DNA of 64,000 nt from the human T2T-CHM13v2.0 reference genome, Homo sapiens: the NCBI RefSeq assembly GCF_009914755.1, contig NC_060925.1. One strand, 5' to 3'. The position numbers and the translations under genes were made by a program. The notes under the pieces were generated by a model, which saw only the letters and a list, made by a program, of their open reading frames with translations, ran no database searches and was not told the DNA's origin. This document shows positions 1 through 13,470 of the stretch, one piece after another; within the stretch, counting starts at the first letter, position 1, and each line of letters begins with the position of its first letter.

Positions 1-489
1 GAGCAACTATAGCGGTATATCTGGTTTATCTGTTACTCTGACTATAGTTGGCATTTCCTAAGGATGGTCAATTGACTGATTTTCAAAAGAACTTTTAGAT
101 CCTTGATATTGAAAATACAAGGTGTAGTTATGTGCTGTGGTTAGTGTTTGAGCAACCACAGCTGTTTACAATAAAGAGACATGGGCACCGTCAGTTGAAA
201 TTTACCCTAACTAAAATGGTGTTATTTTAAAAGCCTCCCTTTCTGACTTGCTAAGTGAATTTAATGCTCCAAATGGGTGCCAAATTGGCAGCCTGCAGGA
301 TACATTCCACTATTTATGCAAGAAATGGACACAGTGGCCTTGTGCTTCCACCCTATCCTTGAAGGACCTCCTTTGCAGAACACAAGGTTAATGCGCCCTT
401 CAAGTCTTATTCCATCTTGGCCCCCATGAGCTCTACTGACGTAAGTGTTGGGCCAACAGTTGTAATTGTAGTAGGAGTTTTTGGGCTGT

Positions 490-634
490 GATTCACCAAA
501 TCTGCTTGTATATCAAATGTACCTGGGGACTTTAAAGGTATACAGATTTCTGGGCAATCTACCAAACTTTCTGAGTCAGAACCTGGCCAGGAATCTGTAC
601 TTTCCAAATGCCACCCCAGGTTTGAGAACCACTG
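490..634. mobile_element. MER5-family (hAT-Charlie) DNA transposon fragment
   Basis: Degenerate MER5 motifs: 'acctggggactttaaa...cagatttctggg...gaatctgtactttc...ggtttgagaaccactg' (terminal motif). Confidence 0.6.
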
Positions 635-2129
635 CCTTGGGGAAAGTACTATCCTCTGTGGACTATTCCCTGCTTTTATCCTGCACTGTCATTAGCCATC
701 TGCTAGCTTATTTACCCTTCCATCTTCACGCATGTACTATGAAGCCAGTGTCTTACTAGTGTCAGAAAAGCTGGAGGAAATGTCAGGCTTTATCGACTGA
801 AGTCAGTATTTACTTGAGAAACCTTTTGGCACATCTGTGTTACTAGCAAATGTCTTTCCAAACTGCTGAAACAACTAAACCTTAACCAGCGGGCTATATT
901 TAATTATAGACTCGACTTCTAAGATGCATTCACATTTTTCTTAACATATTATCCTCATTACCTCTCAGTGTGTTCTATTGTTTATTTCTTAGGAATTGTT
1001 TCCAGAGACTAGAAGGCAAAGAAAATGAAGCATGGCTAGAAACAGGTTGGAAAAAAAAATCCCAGTCCCTTTGATAGAGACTCAAATAATAACTTATTGG
1101 CAGTCATTTAAAAGAAATATTATTACAGTAGGATAACCTTGCAGTAATTGCTGTAGAATTGTCAATTGTCAGTGTTGCAAATCTGTGGAGATTACAGGCA
1201 AGAAGGAAAATGGAAAACAAGTGGCTCAAATTCTTCTTCAGGTATGCTGGGGAGAAGAAAAGGGAGGATATATATAGAAAATGTGCCCACGATCTTGATT
1301 TTGGAGGCTCTTAATATCATCTTCTTCCTTATTGCCACAAATTTTTACCAATTGTGTATAATCTATTTGTGAAAGAGTTCCCTAGTTATATTCTGTAGGT
1401 TTTTACACTAGCTAGAGCCAAAAATCCGGAAAAATACACTCTACAGAGCAATCAAGTATTTTCTTATAAGGACTTTTAATGTTAGAGAAAGATTTGATGA
1501 ATAGGAAATTGCATCAACAGACCTGAGTTCTACAATATGCCTCTGTGTTTCCCAGTCTCTCAGAAGTATTATCCTGACATCATTGCTTTATTTGGAGTTT
1601 TAAAGAAATGAAATTGTTTTCTTCCCATACAGAAATTTTATTCAGAACGCCAGTATACAGGACAGATATGAGCTATGCTTTTCAGGTGGAAATTGGGGGG
1701 CAGAGCACCTGCCATGCAGCCTCCTCCATCTGGGCACCTACTGGAAATTTTGAAACTCCACGAAACAAGATGACTTTGAGTTAAGAGATGACCACTGGGC
1801 CCACAGGGCTCTCTCCTGACTGCCAGAGCCCCTGCTCTCCTGCTCTTTTTTCCCTGCCTCAGGTCACCTTGGGGCTGTCCTCCATGAAGGGCCTTAATAA
1901 GGTGCTCCTTTATGAGTATGTACTCTGTCATGGCTATCATCCATATGGGGGACCTCCCATGCCAGGCTGTTGATTTCTCAGGATGGCATCCTCTGCCCTC
2001 CCTCCCACCTCATTCATCCAGGGCTCTGATCACATATTCTGAGTCCAATTCTGATTATGCAAGGGAACTACCTCCCCTTGCAAGGGGTTTCTTTTTCTTT
2101 TTAGTGTGGAGTGCAATACCTAAGAATGC

Positions 2130-2300
2130 ATACAGATTTGGGGGGCTAAATCTTATAACATTGGAGAGGGGGTCAATCTTTAAGAAAAATGGTACAAGTG
2201 GACAAATAAAAATGGCTAGGGTCCCTCTCAGAAACTTGAAAGCAGCCAAAGCAAGTGACAGGCCCTGAAGCTCAAGTTTGATTCGCTTCACAATAATCTG
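2130..2300. mobile_element. Old hAT-type DNA transposon fragment (subfamily uncertain)
   Basis: Ends in 'ggccctgaagctcaagtttgattcgcttcacaataatctg', resembling a hAT-Tip100-type terminus from memory. Confidence 0.35.
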
Positions 2301-3227
2301 CTTTTTATAATGCTGTCGTGTCTTTCCAGATCAACTCTACCAACTCCTGTTTTGGCACCTAGTCCCACCTTTGCTCCTGGGATCATGAATGAAAGAGATT
2401 CATCTAATTCCTGAAGAGACGGCTCCTCTTCCTATAAAAGCTCACCTGTGGACACAGTCTGCAGAAAAAGAAAACAAAAGATTCAAAATGTACCATGGGT
2501 TACATAGATATAAATCTAATTGGATAAGTCCCAGTGTTGATGATGAGGAAACTGCAGAAAACGGATTCTATCCACAGACTATAAACAGTGGAGTGTTGGT
2601 CTTCTAAGTTTAAGACCCAAGTAAGGCCTTCTTTAAGCTTTCGATCCCATTAACTTAAAGTTAATCAGATCCTGTCTATTAATAATGTATTGCCATACAA
2701 TGAAAGTGGAAATTTTGGAGAGGCAGAATAACAATGGCAGTCAGCAATCTTGTGGGGAAGAGAGTGGGGAAGGTTGTCCTCTCAGGATGGGGTGATTTTT
2801 GTCAACTAGGAAGTTGAAGATGTCTCTGGGTTTTAATTGATCCCAGATGGAGAGAGAATTGTCAATTTATTTAAGATTTTCCAGATATTAATGACTATAC
2901 ATGGCAGAGATCTGGATACATACATCAATTTATTCTTCATATAATAATGTCTTTTATTTAATATTTGCTTAGTAAAGTTTCCTGTTGAAAAGAAAATGCT
3001 TTGAAGATGTATTGCAAATGATAATTTTAATAAATTAATCAAGAATGTTTTTAAAAAGAAAGTAGTATGAGGTTCAAAGTCTAAAATAAAGATTTTTGAG
3101 GAGGAGTTATAAAATAAAACAACAAAACAACAGCAACTTCTCAGAGATTGTTGGAGGATACCAAGTTGTATTAAGAATTGAAATTAGTAATTATGATGAC
3201 AAAAAGGTCAGAAAAAACACTGCAGGG

Positions 3228-3237
3228 GTGTGTGTGA

Positions 3238-3273
<36 letters not shown>

Positions 3274-3283
3274 CAGAGAGAGA
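3228..3283. repeat. Compound (GT)n(GA)n microsatellite
   Basis: Directly visible gtgtgt...gagagaga run. Confidence 0.95.
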
Positions 3284-3584
3284 AACCCTCACCTAGTAAT
3301 GACCTAAAGGATTTCCTGAAAAACAATGGCATGTTTATATAGGTTAATAGGTGAGGTTCTGGGTCACAGCCTTTTAGACACTGAGGTAGTTAAGGCATGG
3401 TCCTCAGTGATTACAGCCAAAAAGGTAGAGAAGTGAACCACAGTGGACTGGTTGAGTGTGGTTATTGGGAAGGACTTGTCCCTGGGATTGGATTGTGCAT
3501 TGGTCAATAGAAGGCAGGTTCTTCTCCTGGCCTGGGTGGGAGTTGCTTATTTCACATTCCTCAGGCATTCCACTATGAGGCAGG

Positions 3585-3820
3585 AATGTACATGGTTAGA
3601 ACAGAGCTCTGAGGGAGCCAACAGCCAGGCTTGACCCAGGCCCTAGCATTTTAGGTAAGTGACTTTGGGCAAGTCTTGGATTCTTAGCTGTAAAATAAAG
3701 TCAAGAACAGTTACTATTTAATTGGATTGTTATAAAGGGTAGTTAAGATACTATATGTAAAGCATTTAGCATAGGGAGTAGGACTTAGTAAGTACTCAGA
3801 AAATATTAAATTTTATTATT
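3585..3820 (+). mobile_element. MIR SINE
   Basis: MIR core 'gtgactttgggcaagtc...ctgtaaaataa' and 3' end 'tatgtaaagcatttagcat...agtaagtactcagaaaatatt'. Confidence 0.7.
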
Positions 3821-3914
3821 ACAGTGTTATTTTTGGGTGAATGAGGTAGACTCATTCATATCCTATATTATTTAATAGATTTTTTTAAACAAAGGAATGG
3901 TTACAAATTTTTAA

Positions 3915-4065
3915 GTGTAATAATAGTGCTGCAATGAACATGGGAGTGCTAATATCCCTTTGAGATCCTGCTTTCAGTTCTCTTGGATAAACACCCAGTA
4001 GTGGCTGGATAACATGGTAGTCTTATGTTTAATTTTTTGAGGAAGTGCCATACTGTTTTCTCTAT
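3915..4065 (-). mobile_element. L1M (L1MA/MB-type) fragment
   Basis: 'gtgctgcaatgaacatgggagtg...acccagtagtgg...ttttttgaggaa...ccatactgttttc' is antisense to the end of L1 ORF2. Confidence 0.75.
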
Positions 4066-4520
4066 TGAGCACTATCATCAGAGACGGTCTGCCCCCTGGC
4101 TAGCCTGAGACTCATGAACAGGAAAACCAGAGTGGAACTAGATGATCACAGACCTCTCCAGACTCTGAGCTTCTAGGGTTCTCAAGTCCTGTTTTTCAAC
4201 TGGTGAAAATAAAAGAAAATCAAGCAGGTGCCTGGGAATCAGCCTGGCCAAGGAAGTATTTCTGTGGATTCTATTGAAAGAAGCCATGGACCCCAAAACT
4301 CATATCACATAAAGTTCTGGCCCTAAGTTTCCTCCACTCTCAGCCAAAGACTTTGGGAAATAGATCCTTTAATAGGAAGGGGAGGACATGTGCTCCTAGC
4401 ATCCCAAGTTGGAAACTTTGATGTATTTTTCCACAGATATGGTTATATGTGGTGGCTAGAGTCTAATAATAGTAACAATTTATATTTCTGGAATATAAGA
4501 ATATACATTATTAACACATG

Positions 4521-4850
4521 TTCTTTCTTTTTGTCTTTTTCTTTTTCTTTTTTTTTTTTTTGAGACAGAGTCTTGCTCTGTTGCCCAGGCTAGGATGCAG
4601 TGGCACAATCTCTCAGCTCACTGCAACCTCCATCTCCTGGGTTCAAGCAATTGTCCTGCCTCAGCCTCCTGAGTAGCTGGGATTACAGGTGCCCACCACC
4701 ACGCCCAGATAATTTTTTATTTTTATTTTTGGTAAACATAGGGTTTCACCATGTTGGCCAGGCTGGTCTCAAACTCCTGACCTCAAGTGATCTGCCTGCC
4801 TTGGCCTCTCAAAGTGCTAGGATTACAGGCGTGAGCCACTGTGCCCAGCC
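4521..4850 (-). mobile_element. Alu (AluS)
   Basis: T-rich tail followed by a full antisense Alu dimer ending 'gtgagccactgtgcccagcc'. Confidence 0.95.
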
Positions 4851-4890
4851 TATTAATTCATTTTCACAAGAATCTTGTGAAGTAAATACT

Positions 4891-6148
4891 TGTATCAGTT
4901 AGAGATACTTGTATTAAGTCAGAGAGGCAGGACCACTAGGAGCCATAAAGAATAAGGAATTTTTATGGGGATTTAGCCTTTTGCAATTGTAGGATCTGGT
5001 TAAACAATGTATGTGTGACTGTTTTTTGTTTGTTTTTGTTTTGTTTTGCTTTGTTTGCATCTGGTGCTGGGTCCTGAAGTGAGTAGGGCAAGGGTTAGGG
5101 AACTGCAGCTGTCAGCCTCTATGATGGCCCCAGTGATTTCTGCTTCCTGGTATTTACACCCTTGTGTAGTCCCCTCTCATATGGTGCCAGTAGCAATCTG
5201 AGTGACTGACAGATACAGCAGAAGTGATGGCATGTCACTTCTGAGATTGGGTTATAAGATAAATTGTGACTTCTGTTTTGGTCACTCTCTTTTGCTCTCT
5301 CTCTCTCTCTCTCTCTCGGATCACTCATTCTGGAAGAAGCCACCTGACTCGTTGTAGTAATGCTGTGGAGAGACCCACGTGACAAGGAACCGAAATCTCT
5401 GGCCAACAGCCAGCGAGGAACACAAGCCAGCTAGCAAACACTGGGGGAGCTTGGAAGTGGGTTCTCCGGGCCCAAGTAAGTCCGCAGCCCTGTCCAAGAA
5501 TTTGACCAAGACCTCATGAGAGACCTTGAGCCATAATCACCCACTAGGCCTCTCTCAGATTTCTGGCCCTAAGAAACCATGTGAAATTATAAATTTTGTT
5601 GTCTCAAACTTCTTATCTGGGGTCCTTTGTTGTCCAGCAACAGACAGCTAATATAAGAAGAAAAGCAAGACATGAAGTGGAGGAGAACAAAGACAGTCTG
5701 AAACCCTTAAGGATAAGCTGGAACCAAAGGACAGACTGGAACTTGCATGGGTCTTACGCTCCTTCTAAGCCTTCATCTTTGATGATGCATGATCTGCAGG
5801 AGAAACTGGGACCTTTCATCACAAAGCTAAACAAGCACATGACTCAGTTGCTGGAGAGGCTGAAGGAAGATTCAGCAGGAGCTAGAGTGGCTACAGGCCT
5901 GGCTGCCACACTGTGCCATCAAGGTGAGTCATCAGATCAGCTGTCACAAAGTTCATGAGCTACAACAGCACCTGGTGTCTTGCACCAAATCTGAGCCTGA
6001 GATAAATATGGCTTCTGCTTCACTTCTGCCTTGCAAATTGTGCACAGAATGTCTCTTATGGCCAAGCTAACCTAGAACTGTGCAGAGAAAGAAATTCTGG
6101 GAAACATAGCTCTAATTTAGCTAAATTGACACGATACAAATCCACCAC
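4891..6148 (-). mobile_element. MLT2F-like ERVL LTR, interrupted by an MLT1F-like LTR
   Basis: Right end 'gaaattctgggaaacatagctc...ttgacacgatacaaatccaccac' is the reverse complement of an MLT2-type LTR start; sequence resumes on both sides of 5104-5655. Confidence 0.6.
5104..5655 (+). mobile_element. MLT1F-like MaLR LTR with internal (CT)n
   Basis: 'gatggccccagtgat...cagcagaagtgatggcatgtcacttctgagatt...ggccaacagccagcgagga...gcaacagacagctaatata'. Confidence 0.75.
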
Positions 6149-6849
6149 GGCATTATTTCATTTAATAGGTATAGGCTTAGAATCTGAAGGTTAAAATGAT
6201 TTTTTTTTAAATGCCACGCAGTTGGCTGGTAGAAGAACTAAAATGGAAAACCAGGGCTATCAACTCTTATCATTACATCTATTTGAATCCTTCTAAATTC
6301 ACTAACTAATGGGCAAAATAGCCTTTCATGGGTAGACCTAGGGAAACAAACCATTGTCTTCCAAATACATAACAAATTAATGGTCCAGGTCCCAGGCTCT
6401 TTGTACATAGCAATGGTGGTGTGCCTGTTCTCTCATGCCCTCTACTCACATTCCGGGCACACAGCTGGGGGCTCAAGATTAATCTCTTCTCTGAGTGGAA
6501 TTTCTAGCTCAGAATTTCAGCAGTGTATACCTTTTCTCTTGACATCTATCCTCTTACTCTGGACCACAGTGAAGCCTGCTGTCCTGGCTCTTCCTGTAGA
6601 ATGACTTTCTGCGGGTTGTTCTCACTGGTGTGACTCTCTCTATTGAAAGAGTTTAATGTCTGTGACTTGTGAACTCCCTAGAATAGCCCTGTCTCTGAGG
6701 CAGGAATTCACCTTTGATAGATTTTCTTTCATAATGGAGCAGTTGAGTAGTTGAGAGCTCAACAATTTCAAGCTAGATAGAGACATCTTATGCAGAATGT
6801 TTAATTTCAGCCAGCATTGAAAATGTGCATGATAATAACTAAAAATAAG

Positions 6850-9185
6850 CATATATATTGTGCATTTACTGTGAGCCTGATGCTGAACTAAGTTTTTTAC
6901 ATACATTAGTTATTTCATGTAATTCACACAACATCCATTGAGGTAGATATTATTATTATTCCCATTTCACAGATAAAGCATGCAAAGACTGCTTCATTAT
7001 CAGTTATTTATCAAACCACTTCTCTTTTCTCCCTGGGATACAGACAAATTTCACAACCCAGGCTGTCTTGCAGTTAGATAAGGCTAGGGGATAAGTGGTG
7101 TACTCCACTGGCCCATAAAAACCCCTCACCCAATCCTCCAACCTATGTCTCTTTCCTTACCTACTGAATGAAGGCAGACTCCAGTAGAAAACTCCAAAGC
7201 CTGGGAACTCCATGGGAAACTTAGAACCACTAGATAGAAGGAGCTTGAGTCCCAGGATGAATGTGTGAAATAGAACACACCTTGGCAATATAAGCAAGAA
7301 ATAAATATTTATTCTGGTTGTTATATTAGATAGCACACTTATATCGATGCCTTGAAGTATGGGGGTCTTTCAAAACAAAACTCCAAAACATGTGACATTG
7401 GCTTAGCAGTTGAGTAATGGACACCAAGAAAACTGACATCAAAGGCTGGAAAGATGGCAACCTACATTATGCAGTGGTGAAACATTTGGTAAAACTGTCA
7501 CCTCGCTTAATTTGCACAGAGTTTACATGTGCACTGAAGCTGTAGCTCCAGGGGAAATAGTTGGAAAATAACAGAGTGTTAGTGAGAGTATGACTATTAT
7601 TAGCTCTCCTTGACAAGGTACTACCCAAAGAAGAAAAAAGAAAAAAGGTAAGCTAAACAAACTGGCCAGTTTACGAGCCACAGTGGAAGAGTGTAGAAGG
7701 AGTCCAGAAATTTTGGACATCAGGTGTGAAAGAATTAACTGCTTCTTGATCCTAAAAGGTAAAATGTATACAGACCTTGAGTGACAAAGATCTAGTAACA
7801 TTCCTCAACTGAACAGAGTGACTTAGCCCTTTGAGAAAAAAGTCACTTTAGGTGTGTGTCCTTCCTTCATCTTGTTTTGGACAACTTCAAGGTGGCCACT
7901 GTTAAGGAGAGATAGAGAGAATAAATCATGGAGATGAAGAAGGAAAGGAAGAAACCAGGCTTGAGGAGTACATCTAGGAAAGAACTTTGGGTGTTGTTAC
8001 TGGCCCGTGGGACTGACTGGTAGAAAGTACACTGGAAGCCTAGGAAGTGTTTGAAAGCATTCTATTGCCAAGGAAATCACGAGCCTGGACTTTCCAAGGT
8101 ACAAAACAACACCTGGACTTCCAGATTTGCCTCACTCCTATAAAAGCTCCAAGCACATAAACTCCATAAGCACATACACTGCGGCTCTCCAGACTTCAGA
8201 CAGGGACAAAGAAATGATCAACTAGAAAAAACACCACAAAGGGCCAAACCAGGGGCCCTAGAGAATGAAGGACAAAGGAGTTCTTCCCAGAGTGCAGAAT
8301 TACGTTGTAACTAAATTACTTCTTCTACCCCAGGGGAGGGAGCCTTCTTACTGACTGTCTAGATAAGGGCCAATGTTGCTACATCTCTCTTCTATCCCTT
8401 TCTAAATGAGAGTTTCTATTGAGAATACCCTGCCCCTAACCCATCATAGTATATTGGGTTTATATGGGGGAGGGGGAATGGGAAGCAGGTAAATTGGTTT
8501 TTTAATCCAAAGTGACAGATCTCTAGACTAGAAGAGGTCACATCTAGACTTGATGGAGGGGACCATGCAGCCCTTGGAGATCCTAGACTTAATCTGGGTG
8601 CAGAGACTGGGTGGGGTTTTGAGGGACTTTGGGGTTGTCTCCTTTGGATTGCCTACAAGAGGAAGGTTACACAAATATTTGATGACCAGATTGGGGGTCT
8701 ACGGCAGAGATTGAATAATTGTTTATTTGATCACTCATTTTCCTCCTAAGCATATAACCAGATGACAATTTTCTATCCTTCCTTGTGGTTATGGGCAACC
8801 ATGTCACTGAATTTTGTCCAGTGGACTATGGCTGGATGTAATGCATGCCATTCGAGGCCTGACTCATAAAAACTTCTGTACAATGCTCCATGCTCTCTCT
8901 TTTCCAGCTTGGCTTAGAAAATCCAGCAGATAACTCTGAGGAGAGCATGGAGCCCGATGGAAGGAGTCTAGACCTGCATATCCATCTGAGATGGAAACCC
9001 CTTCCAGCCTGCACTGTTTTGTGATATGACTGAGAAATAAATCTATATTGTGTTAAGCCACCAAGATTCTCAGAGTGCTTTTTACAGCAGTTTGCCTACT
9101 CTCACCAATGGAAATAGATTTAGAGCAATTAAGTAATCTGCCCAGGTCACACAGCTATGGAGGGGTAGAGCAGAAATGCAAGTGA
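6850..9185 (-). mobile_element. MIR split in two (6850-6980 and ~9110-9185) by a MaLR insertion
   Basis: 'attattcccatttcacagataaag' continues as 'agagcaattaagtaatctgcccaggtcacacagct' about 2.1 kb later. Confidence 0.65.
6981..9110 (+). mobile_element. MLT1J-type MaLR element, LTR-internal-LTR
   Basis: Two MLT1J-like LTRs (~6981-7330 and ~8700-9110) share 'cataaaaac...gaaggag...agaaataaat'. They flank MLT1-int-like sequence ('ggctggaaagatggcaacc...catttggtaaaactgtcacct'). Confidence 0.65.
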
Positions 9186-9188
9186 GGA

Positions 9189-9388
9189 GTAGGTCCCAAA
9201 CTTGGGTCTGTAGAAGAACACAATGAGAATCATCTGGGAACTTTCTCGAACTACAGATTCTTTAGTTCTACTCCAAAAATGCTGCTGTTGTAGTTTTTTG
9301 GTGTGAGGGGAGTGACAGGGGCTTTAAATCTATTTTTAACAAGATCCCTGGATAATTCTGCTGCCTAAACCAGTGTTGAGAGGCACCA
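9189..9388. mobile_element. MER5-family DNA transposon
   Basis: 'gaatcatctgggaactt...cagattc...atttttaacaagatccctggataattctg...gttgagaggcacca'. Confidence 0.55.
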
Positions 9389-9448
9389 AATGCCATCAGT
9401 TATTCTAAAACATAGGAGCTGAGTTCCTGGGGAGAGATGTCAAATGAG

Positions 9449-9580
9449 TAGGCTGGTCATCTAATTTATCGTCCAATCTAAGACACTTCCAAGAGTGAAA
9501 GAGGGAGCTATTAATAATCACACTTGAGCACCAGGCATAAAATAGGACTTTCCCAGGCAAAGTGGCATGTAAAAGCCTCT
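9449..9580 (+). mobile_element. MER94 (hAT-Blackjack) MITE
   Basis: 'catctaatttatcgtccaa...gacact...gagagtgaaagagggagctattaataat' follows the MER94 consensus. Confidence 0.75.
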
Positions 9581-10073
9581 GTGTATGACAGCAAAAGATG
9601 AGACAGCTGTGTTCTCTGCTAATAGAAAGTGTTATTTCCCATTAAGAGAATTTTCAGTTTTTCTAGAGTGCTATCTGCCATCTGGGTGGGACAAAAGTGG
9701 CCTTCAAGCTAGAGGCAAAGCTGCATTCTGGAGAGAAGTTTTGAGGGGTACCCTCAGAGGCTTGGAGTAACAAAACGAAAGTGTCTTATGGAGTTGGAGA
9801 AATGATACCTGAGTATTGGCAAAGGCTCACACAGACCCAGGGACCACCAAAGGCTTAAAGAGCAAGCACAAGCATAGAAAAGGATGGGAACAATCCTGAT
9901 TGAAACCAACAGAAGCTTAGAAACAGGCAAAGTACAGAGCCAGGGTTCAGACTAGGATGGGAGAGGAATTGTCTTGATAGATTTTCCAAGAAAAGATTTT
10001 GTGCTCTCCTTTCGAAGGCGCTGGAAACAGGTAGCACCTGGCACAAATGAAGCTAAATTTGGGCCTGGAAAGG

Positions 10074-10541
10074 TGTACGGTAAAGGCACCTGACAGCAAT
10101 AACTTAAGCACATCCTAAGCAGATGCACCTGAATGTGTGTTGAGCTAGGGAATCTGGGAGTGGCCAACCTGGAGATTCATTCCTTGTCTATGAGGAACAG
10201 CTAAACCCCCATCCCATCCCAGGTAACATGGTTGTACAGGGGATAAAGGCCCTGAGTTTTGGGTTAAATGAAGGTTGTCACATGGAGGTCATTAAGAGGA
10301 GGGTGTTAAGTGAAAATGCTGTATAAACTGCAGGTTGTTTGCAAGTTGTTGCAGTTTTCCTGCCCAGCCCACCACCCCTGGGCCATGCAGTTATCTTGTC
10401 CAGCCCACTGCCACCGGACAATCTCCCCTGTATTAAGCCCCCAGTAAAGCCCCATGTCTCGTTTGCTGGCTCTGGGTCTCTTCTTTGGCCTCTTGAACCT
10501 GTTGCCATCCTGATTGGAGTTAATAGGGGTTTGGCATGACA
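10074..10541 (+). mobile_element. ERVL-class solo LTR (LTR32/LTR47-like)
   Basis: TG...CA termini (tgtacgg...catgaca) and a perfect 5-bp TSD AAAGG at 10069-10073 and 10542-10546. Confidence 0.8.
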
Positions 10542-10758
10542 AAAGGAAGTTCCAGAGTTTGGCTAATATCTACTCTTGGGACCACACAAAAATAATATTG
10601 CTGTTCTCAAGTAATTTGTCATCATTCAGCCACTTATTAGCTGATCAGTACCACCTTAATCCGTCTGTTTCTCACCGCCCCAGTGGGGAGACTTATACCT
10701 CTCTCAGCCTACCTCATAATGGGTAACTGGGAGGATGAGGCAAGATGATATGTAAGTA

Positions 10759-10837
10759 TTAGGTTGGTGCAAAAGTAATTGTGGTTATACTATGGAAAGT
10801 AGTGGCAAAAACTGCAATTACTTTTGCACCAACCTAA
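10759..10837. mobile_element. MADE1 (Tc1/mariner MITE) inserted in a MIR
   Basis: TIRs ttaggttggtgcaaaagtaattg / caattacttttgcaccaacctaa with TA duplications on both sides. Confidence 0.95.
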
Positions 10838-11064
10838 TAGTAGTGCTTCTGAAATAGCAAAGTCTTTTGAAAGGAAAGATATTACTGTTAGTGACATTAA
10901 CAATAAAGTATAACAAATAGTATCAGGTAATAGCAAGTTTCCCAGCGTGTGTTAACATTTTCTTCATGAATTGAGTAGGTTCTTAAGTGAGCTAGTGTTC
11001 TCCCTTATGTAAGTCAGGTGTGTGTGTGCCTGTGCATTTGCACACTTGTGTGTGTCCCCTACAT

Positions 11065-11212
11065 CTCATATATTAGCATCTCCTGGGGATGCATGCTCAA
11101 AATGCAGATTCATTTCAGGTTTGCTGGATCTCTGCTGTTGAGGCCCAAAAGTCTGTAGCTTTAACAGGCTTCCCAGGTGATTCTTATGCACCATTTTCTG
11201 AAATTAACTGCT
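11065..11212. mobile_element. MER5A-like fragment
   Basis: 'aaaatgcagattc...gaggccc...tttaacaggcttcccaggtgattcttatgcac'. Confidence 0.65.
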
Positions 11213-11867
11213 TTGAGCAATGGGGCTCTAAGAATCAGCTTCCTGTGGCTTGGAGGCTAATTGGTTATCAAATGCTATTGCAGTTTGACCCAGGAGCAGA
11301 AACTAGCCAATCTATCAATCTATCAATACCGCTCTGAAGCTACAGTCTCCAACAGGTGGACCAGGTAACTGCTGCTTGTGGTGTGATGTGTTTACTTATC
11401 TTCTTTGAATTACCTAAGTGAAGCCAACTGTGGATCATGGCACTTAATTGGTCACAGAGAAATAGAAGGATAGAAAAATTTCTTACCTCAATTTGCCAAG
11501 AGAAACCTGAAACCAGCCATTTGGAATTTACCATCTATTTCTCTAGGTTTTCCTGGAGATTAAAGAGATAGAGTGAATTTCAGGTCCAGAAACTGACTGT
11601 TCCTTAGACAAGGTCTGATTCAATGAAAGAGACAGCAATGAAAGCACTTCTTACATCTTAGATGTCAAAAGGTTTTGATCATTTTGGACCAATATTTATT
11701 TCATTCCTTCAACCAGTATTTATTTCTCACTTGTTTTATACTGTGGACCCTACTAGACAATGAGAAAAAGTTAATGAACAAGACAAACACAGCCTTTCAG
11801 GATAAGGCAGCTATTGATCTTACTTTTCAGACTCGCTTTCTTACTCCACATTGATCTTGGATGTTCC

Positions 11868-12325
11868 TGTGATGGTTAATTTCATGTGTCAGCTTGGCAG
11901 GGGCATGCAGTGCCCAGATATTTGTTCAAACATTATTCTGAGTGTTTCAATGAGAGTGTTTTGAATGATGCTAACATTTAAATCGGCAGACTTTGAATAA
12001 AGCAGGTTGTCCTCCAGGGTGTGAGTGGACCTTATCCAATGAGTTGAAGGCATGAATGACAACAAAAAAGACCGGCTTCCCCCAAGCAAGAGAGACTTCT
12101 TCAGCAGACTGCCTTCAGAGTTCATCTGCAGCATCAGCTCTTTCTGGTTCAAAAGATGTCTGCCTTTGGACTGGAACTAGAATCGCAGCTCTCCTGGGTC
12201 TCCAGCCTGCTGGCCCACCCTGCAGATTTGGACTTGGCAGTCACCATAATCATGTTAGCCAACTCCTTATAACTCATTTCTTTCTATTCTCAGTTCTTTT
12301 TCTCTGGAAAACCCTGACTAATACA
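11868..12325 (+). mobile_element. MLT2B/D ERVL solo LTR
   Basis: Starts tgtgatggttaatttcatgtgtca and ends ggaaaaccctgactaataca; near-TSD gttcc/gatcc. Confidence 0.85.
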
Positions 12326-12805
12326 GATCCCCAATGCAGTCACTAGATCCAGTAACATCCAAAAATGCTCTTTTACATTCTCCATAGCAGTTACTTGCTT
12401 AACTAGGATGGCTGTGAAGGAAATATGGACATAGAACAGGATCAAGGAATCAGGGTACCAGGGTGAGCTGCGATAAGTGAATAAATGCATCTTCTGTTCT
12501 TCCCTTGGGAACCCCCAATCTGAATACACAGAACATTAGAGGAGTAAGCAGTAGGGAGACAGTGAACCTGACTCTGTAATAGGGCTGGATAACTACAGAA
12601 GGCCTAGTGCTCCACCAGAGTCTTGCCACTCATTGATTACCTCAGGAAGCACAGTTGACCCTCAATGACACCTCTCCAATCCCATGGCATAGCAAGAGGG
12701 TGGTGGAGGGAATCCTGTCCTACCTCCTCCATATACTCATTCTTCAAATATTTACTGGAAAGCACAAGTACTGTGGGGATGGGGAGAACCAAAACTGGAG
12801 AGTGA

Positions 12806-13119
<314 letters not shown>

Positions 13120-13259
13120 TGCTCTTGATTTGCCTAAAAGCTATTTGAAGAGAGACCAAGCTCTGCATATATTAGAAGGAGTCAACAATTCCATGTCGCA
13201 ACCTGTAGCTAAATAGCAACATGTAACTAAATGGATGATAACAAACTCTCAGTTTATAA

Positions 13260-13470
13260 GTTGAGTCCATTAGCTATGGAATCAAGCTGATTTTCAGTAT
13301 GCCACTTCTAAGCTATGTGACCTTGAGGGAAAACTGCTCAACTATTGAGTCTGTTTCTTCCTCTGAATGGTGAAGGATACCACTACCTACCTGATAGGGT
13401 TGTAATGGAGATTAAGTACAAATCCACGTAAAGCCCTCAGCACAGTACCTGTTGGGCTAAGCTGCCTCTA
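13260..13470 (+). mobile_element. MIR SINE
   Basis: 'gctatgtgaccttg...tctgtttcttcctctg...tagggttgtaatgggagattaa...gtaaagccctcagcacagtacct'. Confidence 0.7.

Noticed and set aside
4-50. Short inverted repeat caactatag...ctatagttg
   Set aside because: A 9-bp stem is expected by chance in 64 kb, and it lies at the window edge.
4600-4902. Alu-derived ORFs (here and at the other Alus)
   Set aside because: Standard translations of Alu sequence, not coding evidence.
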